Positions 60,728 to 64,000 of a stretch of 64,000 bases of DNA are shown piece by piece. Each line of letters starts with the position of its first letter. The first letter of the stretch is position 1. The notes under the pieces were generated by a model. That model saw only the letters and a list, made by a program, of their open reading frames with translations. It was not told the origin of the DNA and did no database searches. The position numbers and the translations under genes are program-made. Location: contig DASZWM010000003.1 of the NCBI GenBank assembly GCA_035546615.1, positions 92,902 to 156,901 of the forward strand, given 5' to 3'. This DNA is from Minisyncoccota bacterium. Its GTDB lineage: Bacteria > Patescibacteriota > Minisyncoccia > Phycocordibacterales > SBAW01.

Positions 60728-60884
60728 ATGCAATGCGAGGCGCGAAGCAAAAATCCGGAAGTATTAGAAGAGGCGCTTTATTTTGGATGCAGTGCGCGAA
60801 GCGAAGGCAAAAATTCTTGAGCAATACAAGCGTATTGTGAGAGAATTTTTGCCGCACGTCCTCCAAGTGCAATGCGCAAAAATA
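60728..60884. repeat. Three imperfect direct repeats (TGCARTGCG..GCGAAGC..AAAAAT) in rpsG-PKD intergenic region
   Basis: aaatgcaatgcgaggcgcgaagcaaaaat / ggatgcagtgcgcgaagcgaaggcaaaaat / agtgcaatgcgcaaaaat; contain GCGAAGC mini-hairpin motif. Confidence 0.4.
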
Positions 60885-60894
60885 AACCGCCGAA

Positions 60895-61365
60895 TTACCA
60901 GGCGAAGTGGGCGAACGCTTTGTTGGCCTCAGCCATGCGCAGCGTATCGTCGCGCTTCTTGATGGCGCTTCCTTCGTTGTTTGCGGCCGCCATGATTTCG
61001 GTAGCGAGCTTCTCGGCCATCGGCTTGCCCTTGCCGCCGCGAGCCGCAATAAGTATCCAGCGGAACGCCAGCGCCATCTTGCGCTCGGGGCGAACCTCGC
61101 GCGGCACCTGGTAGTTGGCGCCGCCGACGCGGCGGGAGCGGATCTCCATGGCCGGGCCTACGTTGCGGATAGCGGTCTCGAAGACTTCAAGCGGCATGTC
61201 GGTCTTCGCCTTCTCCTTGATTATTTCAAGCGCGTCGTATACCACCTTGCGGGCGGTAGATTTCTTGCCGTCCCACATGACCGAGTTGATGAATTTCTCC
61301 ACACGCACGGAGTTGTACTTCATGTCGGGACCAACGATATTCCTGTTTTTTACCGGACGTCGCAT
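60895..61365 (-). CDS. rpsG: 30S ribosomal protein S7
   Basis: typical S7 sequence. Confidence 0.9.
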   Translation of the reverse strand: MRRPVKNRNIVGPDMKYNSVRVEKFINSVMWDGKKSTARKVVYDALEIIKEKAKTDMPLEVFETAIRNVGPAMEIRSRRVGGANYQVPREVRPERKMALAFRWILIAARGGKGKPMAEKLATEIMAAANNEGSAIKKRDDTLRMAEANKAFAHFAW

Positions 61366-61374
61366 GATTGAGAA

Positions 61375-61785
61375 TTACTTTTTAGGACGTTTAACGCCGT
61401 AACGGGAGCGGGACACATTGCGCTTCTCCACGCCGGCGGCGTCGAGCTTGCCGCGCACCACCTGATAGCGGACATTGATATCCTTCACACGGCCCGCGCG
61501 AACGACGACGACGGAGTGCTCCTGAAGGTTGTGGCCCTCGCCCGGGATGTATGCGGTTATTTCCTGGCCGTTGGTCAGGCGCACGCGGGCGATCTTGCGG
61601 ATAGCGGAGTTCGGCTTGCGAGGGGTCGTGGTGGTCACTTTGGTGCAGACGCCGCGCTTGAACGGGGATGGGTAGAAGATCGGGCGGTTCTTAAGCACGT
61701 TAAAGCCGCGGGCGAGGGCCGGCGACTTGGACTTGCTCTTCATTTGTTTGCGTCCCTTGCGGACGAGTTGGGATATGCGGGCCAT
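61375..61785 (-). CDS. rpsL: 30S ribosomal protein S12
   Basis: typical S12 ([16 protein letters not shown]). Confidence 0.9.
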   Translation of the reverse strand: MARISQLVRKGRKQMKSKSKSPALARGFNVLKNRPIFYPSPFKRGVCTKVTTTTPRKPNSAIRKIARVRLTNGQEITAYIPGEGHNLQEHSVVVVRAGRVKDINVRYQVVRGKLDAAGVEKRNVSRSRYGVKRPKK

Positions 61786-61896
61786 TTCGTCTTTTTATAT
61801 GCCAATTGCCCGACCGGGCAATTGAAAACGCCCAGAAGGCGTTGAAAACACTCTACTATATAAGGTCCATGGGCGCAAATGGTCTCGGGTATGAGG

Positions 61897-64000
61897 TTAG
61901 ATCTCCTGGTAGGAAGGCACGATCGTAACCGTCTTGGAGACGCTGTTGGGAGTACCATCCGGCGCCGTACACGAGAGCTTAAAGGTTGTTGGTTGTGTGA
62001 TGGTCGAGGAGATGCCTGTCGTATTGACCCACGTAGAGCCGGTCTGCGGCCACGGTATTGGGAATGAGGCATCATCCGGGTTGCGATCGATGGAGCACGA
62101 GTCGCTTTCTTTGCCGTTGGCGCCGGTTATGAGGCCGCTTACGCTCCAGGTTACTAGTACGGCACTGCCGCTGCGCACTCGCGCCGGAGTTACCCCAAGA
62201 TTGCACAACCCGCCGGCAATACCGGTGCATGCGGTAAATGAGCCCGAAGGGAGCGAAGCGGCGGTCTGCGCGTCGGTTATGGTAACGGTAGCAGAGGCCG
62301 GCGCGCCGACCGTATAGCTCGAGTCGCCCGGACTCTGAATAGTAAGCGTTACCGGTTCGTTTCCTTCATACAGGTAGTCTTGCGTGGGGGTTACTGTCAC
62401 GTCTACGTACTGCTGGCCCGACGGGATTACGACGGTGGTGCCGGAAGGATTGGTGATACTGCCGCCCGAGAGCGTGTAATCGGTCGTGCGCACGGCATTG
62501 GCACCGCCTGCGGCAAAAGAAAATATAACCGGAAGATCGACAGATAGGTCAATGCCGGGGGTCGTAGGCACGTACGATATAACGATAAGGCCTTGCGTGC
62601 CTGAACCACCTGGACCGCCACTGCCTCTGCCGCCGCCACCGCCGCCGCCATACAAACCGCCGGAGGCACTGTAGGTATTCAGACGCCCGCTACCTCCGCC
62701 GCCGGACCCGTGAGTAGAATCCCATTCCGTGCCTCTTCCTCCATCAACCGGAGGGGCCCATCCAACTCCCCCGGCTCCTCCAAATGCGTTGTCTCCGGTC
62801 CCGCCGCTACCTCCTGAGGTTGATACAGCGTTTGCTCCGTTTCCGCCCGCTCCATGCGGTCCCGCCGCGCCGCCGCCGCCGCCGCCTGCGCCCGCGCCTG
62901 CTTCCGATGCTCCTCCGGTTCCGCCGTCATATTTTGTGGTGCCCCGGCCGTTGGACGCCAGTCCTCCCGCGCCTCCCGGCACGCTGCCGGCAGTCGAAGC
63001 GTTGGTTCCGTTGCGGCCCCCCTCAGCGCCTGCTACTACCGAAGAATCCGTGATGGAGGCACACGCGGTGTTGAAATTGCAAAAATAGGTGTTACCCGCA
63101 TTTGTTCCGCCGACACCCGCAGATCCTATCTGATACGCAACAGGGGTGTTTAAGGTTAAGGATACGTTTGAGACTGCAGAATACGCTCCTCCGCCTCCGC
63201 CTCCGCCCGAACGTGCTGTTGCACTGCCGGTCCCGTCTCCTCCCTTTCCTCCTCCGCCAATGACCTCAATGCTGTTGTTGGATGAATTCCAATCACTCGG
63301 TACGGTCCAGCTGGTTCCAGAAAGGAGGTAGCCCCGACAGACGCCGCCCCCGACGCTGGAACCGAAGCCGCACACAGATGCGCTGCCCGCCCTTGTTATT
63401 CTGAACGTGCCCGTATCGACAGGGCTCTCCGCTGCGGCTGCGTCTTGGGCTATAACGCTAACGGCTGGAGTAGAAGCTATATTCACGGTTGTTTGCACGC
63501 TCCCTATTCCGCTACACGTGAGCGTATATGTGGTGGTTTGGGTAAGGTTGCCCGTTCCTATTGAACCAACGGCTCCGCTGCCAAACAGGCCGGAGCCGCT
63601 CGTATTGCTCCATGCAACGGAGCAGGCCGGATAGGTCGCCTTAAAGAGACCCAGGCCCCAGGTGTTCGCGTCAACGGAGGAATAGCCGATAAGATGCATG
63701 GTCCCCGACAGCTGCGCGAACAGGGCCGGAAAAGAAAAGTAGTTAGGGATAGTCTGCCATATGTTTGTCTTCGTGGTAGCAGATTCGCAGGTGCCCGCCG
63801 CGTTGCCGAAGCATCCCTTGTTGCTGTTGCCGGCGGGATTCCACTTGTATACGTATGCCAAAGGCCAGTCGCTGCCGAGGCGCTGGGAAGTAACCAGGAA
63901 CGTTCCGTCCGGAGTGGTAGTAGAGAGAAGGCCGAAGTTGGCCGAAGGCATCTTTTGGAAGAAGTTCGCGGTCTTCGTGCCGCAGGCGTTCGCGGTGCCG
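61897..64000 (-). CDS. Very large secreted/surface protein with two glycine-rich repeat domains (partial; N-terminus beyond window end)
   Basis: Reading frame open to window edge; blocks GGGGKGGDGTGS...[10 protein letters not shown] and GGGGGGRGSGGPGGSGTQGLIVISY; underlying DNA has GGN/CCN simple repeats (62560-63300). Confidence 0.6.
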   Translation of the reverse strand, partial: GTANACGTKTANFFQKMPSANFGLLSTTTPDGTFLVTSQRLGSDWPLAYVYKWNPAGNSNKGCFGNAAGTCESATTKTNIWQTIPNYFSFPALFAQLSGTMHLIGYSSVDANTWGLGLFKATYPACSVAWSNTSGSGLFGSGAVGSIGTGNLTQTTTYTLTCSGIGSVQTTVNIASTPAVSVIAQDAAAAESPVDTGTFRITRAGSASVCGFGSSVGGGVCRGYLLSGTSWTVPSDWNSSNNSIEVIGGGGKGGDGTGSATARSGGGGGGGAYSAVSNVSLTLNTPVAYQIGSAGVGGTNAGNTYFCNFNTACASITDSSVVAGAEGGRNGTNASTAGSVPGGAGGLASNGRGTTKYDGGTGGASEAGAGAGGGGGGAAGPHGAGGNGANAVSTSGGSGGTGDNAFGGAGGVGWAPPVDGGRGTEWDSTHGSGGGGSGRLNTYSASGGLYGGGGGGGRGSGGPGGSGTQGLIVISYVPTTPGIDLSVDLPVIFSFAAGGANAVRTTDYTLSGGSITNPSGTTVVIPSGQQYVDVTVTPTQDYLYEGNEPVTLTIQSPGDSSYTVGAPASATVTITDAQTAASLPSGSFTACTGIAGGLCNLGVTPARVRSGSAVLVTWSVSGLITGANGKESDSCSIDRNPDDASFPIPWPQTGSTWVNTTGISSTITQPTTFKLSCTAPDGTPNSVSKTVTIVPSYQEI

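Noticed and set aside
62427-63331. Short-period CCGCC/GGCGG DNA repeats as a CRISPR array or non-coding tandem repeat
   Set aside because: They lie inside a long open reading frame and encode poly-Gly; no regular repeat-spacer periodicity.

Overview
This window is a GC-rich (~60-65%) bacterial chromosomal segment whose gene content and organisation look like a Candidate Phyla Radiation (CPR/Patescibacteria)-type genome. Evidence for that placement:
- The rpsE-rplO junction lacks rpmD (L30).
- The map-distal part of the spc cluster lacks infA and rpmJ.
- Ribosomal-protein genes have no Shine-Dalgarno sequences.
- A type IV pilus system is present with no secretin.

Contents from left to right:
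- gatA (partial) - gatC and ligA.
- A complete type IV pilus/competence-like locus on the minus strand (about 3.5-14.8 kb): pilM-pilN-pilO, a small membrane protein, pilB-pilT-pilC, two major-pilin-like genes, pilD and four minor pseudopilins.
- A ComF-like phosphoribosyltransferase and a PIF1/RecD-like helicase.
- tRNA-Ser(GCU), a GT4 glycosyltransferase, and a divergent HxlR regulator / LUD-domain pair.
- An ECF sigma / anti-sigma pair and recG.
- tRNA-Ile with an unusual UAU anticodon, then pyrB-pyrC.
- ftsH, smpB and tmRNA (ssrA, with the G3-U70 Ala identity pair).
- infC-rpmI-rplT.
- A beta-CASP ribonuclease, ndk, and a stand-alone VirD4/TraD-like P-loop ATPase.
- A long ribosomal str-S10-spc supercluster on the minus strand, from rpsL-rpsG down to map.

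The most unusual point is that this normally contiguous ribosomal supercluster is interrupted at least five times by non-ribosomal genes:
- a PKD-domain secreted protein between rpsG and fusA;
- a peptidoglycan-binding secreted protein between fusA and tuf;
- an AT-rich, apparently foreign island carrying a membrane protein between rpsJ and rplC;
- a 188-aa protein between rplB and rpsS;
- an 86-aa membrane protein between rplE and rpsN.

Most breakpoints carry an intrinsic terminator followed by a fresh TTGACT/TTGCAT-N16/17-TAnnAT promoter, so the cluster appears split into several transcription units; no promoter was recognised ahead of rpsJ or fusA. A 92-nt near-identical AT-rich hairpin element sits immediately upstream of rplE and rplV, with related hairpins at rplC and rplX.
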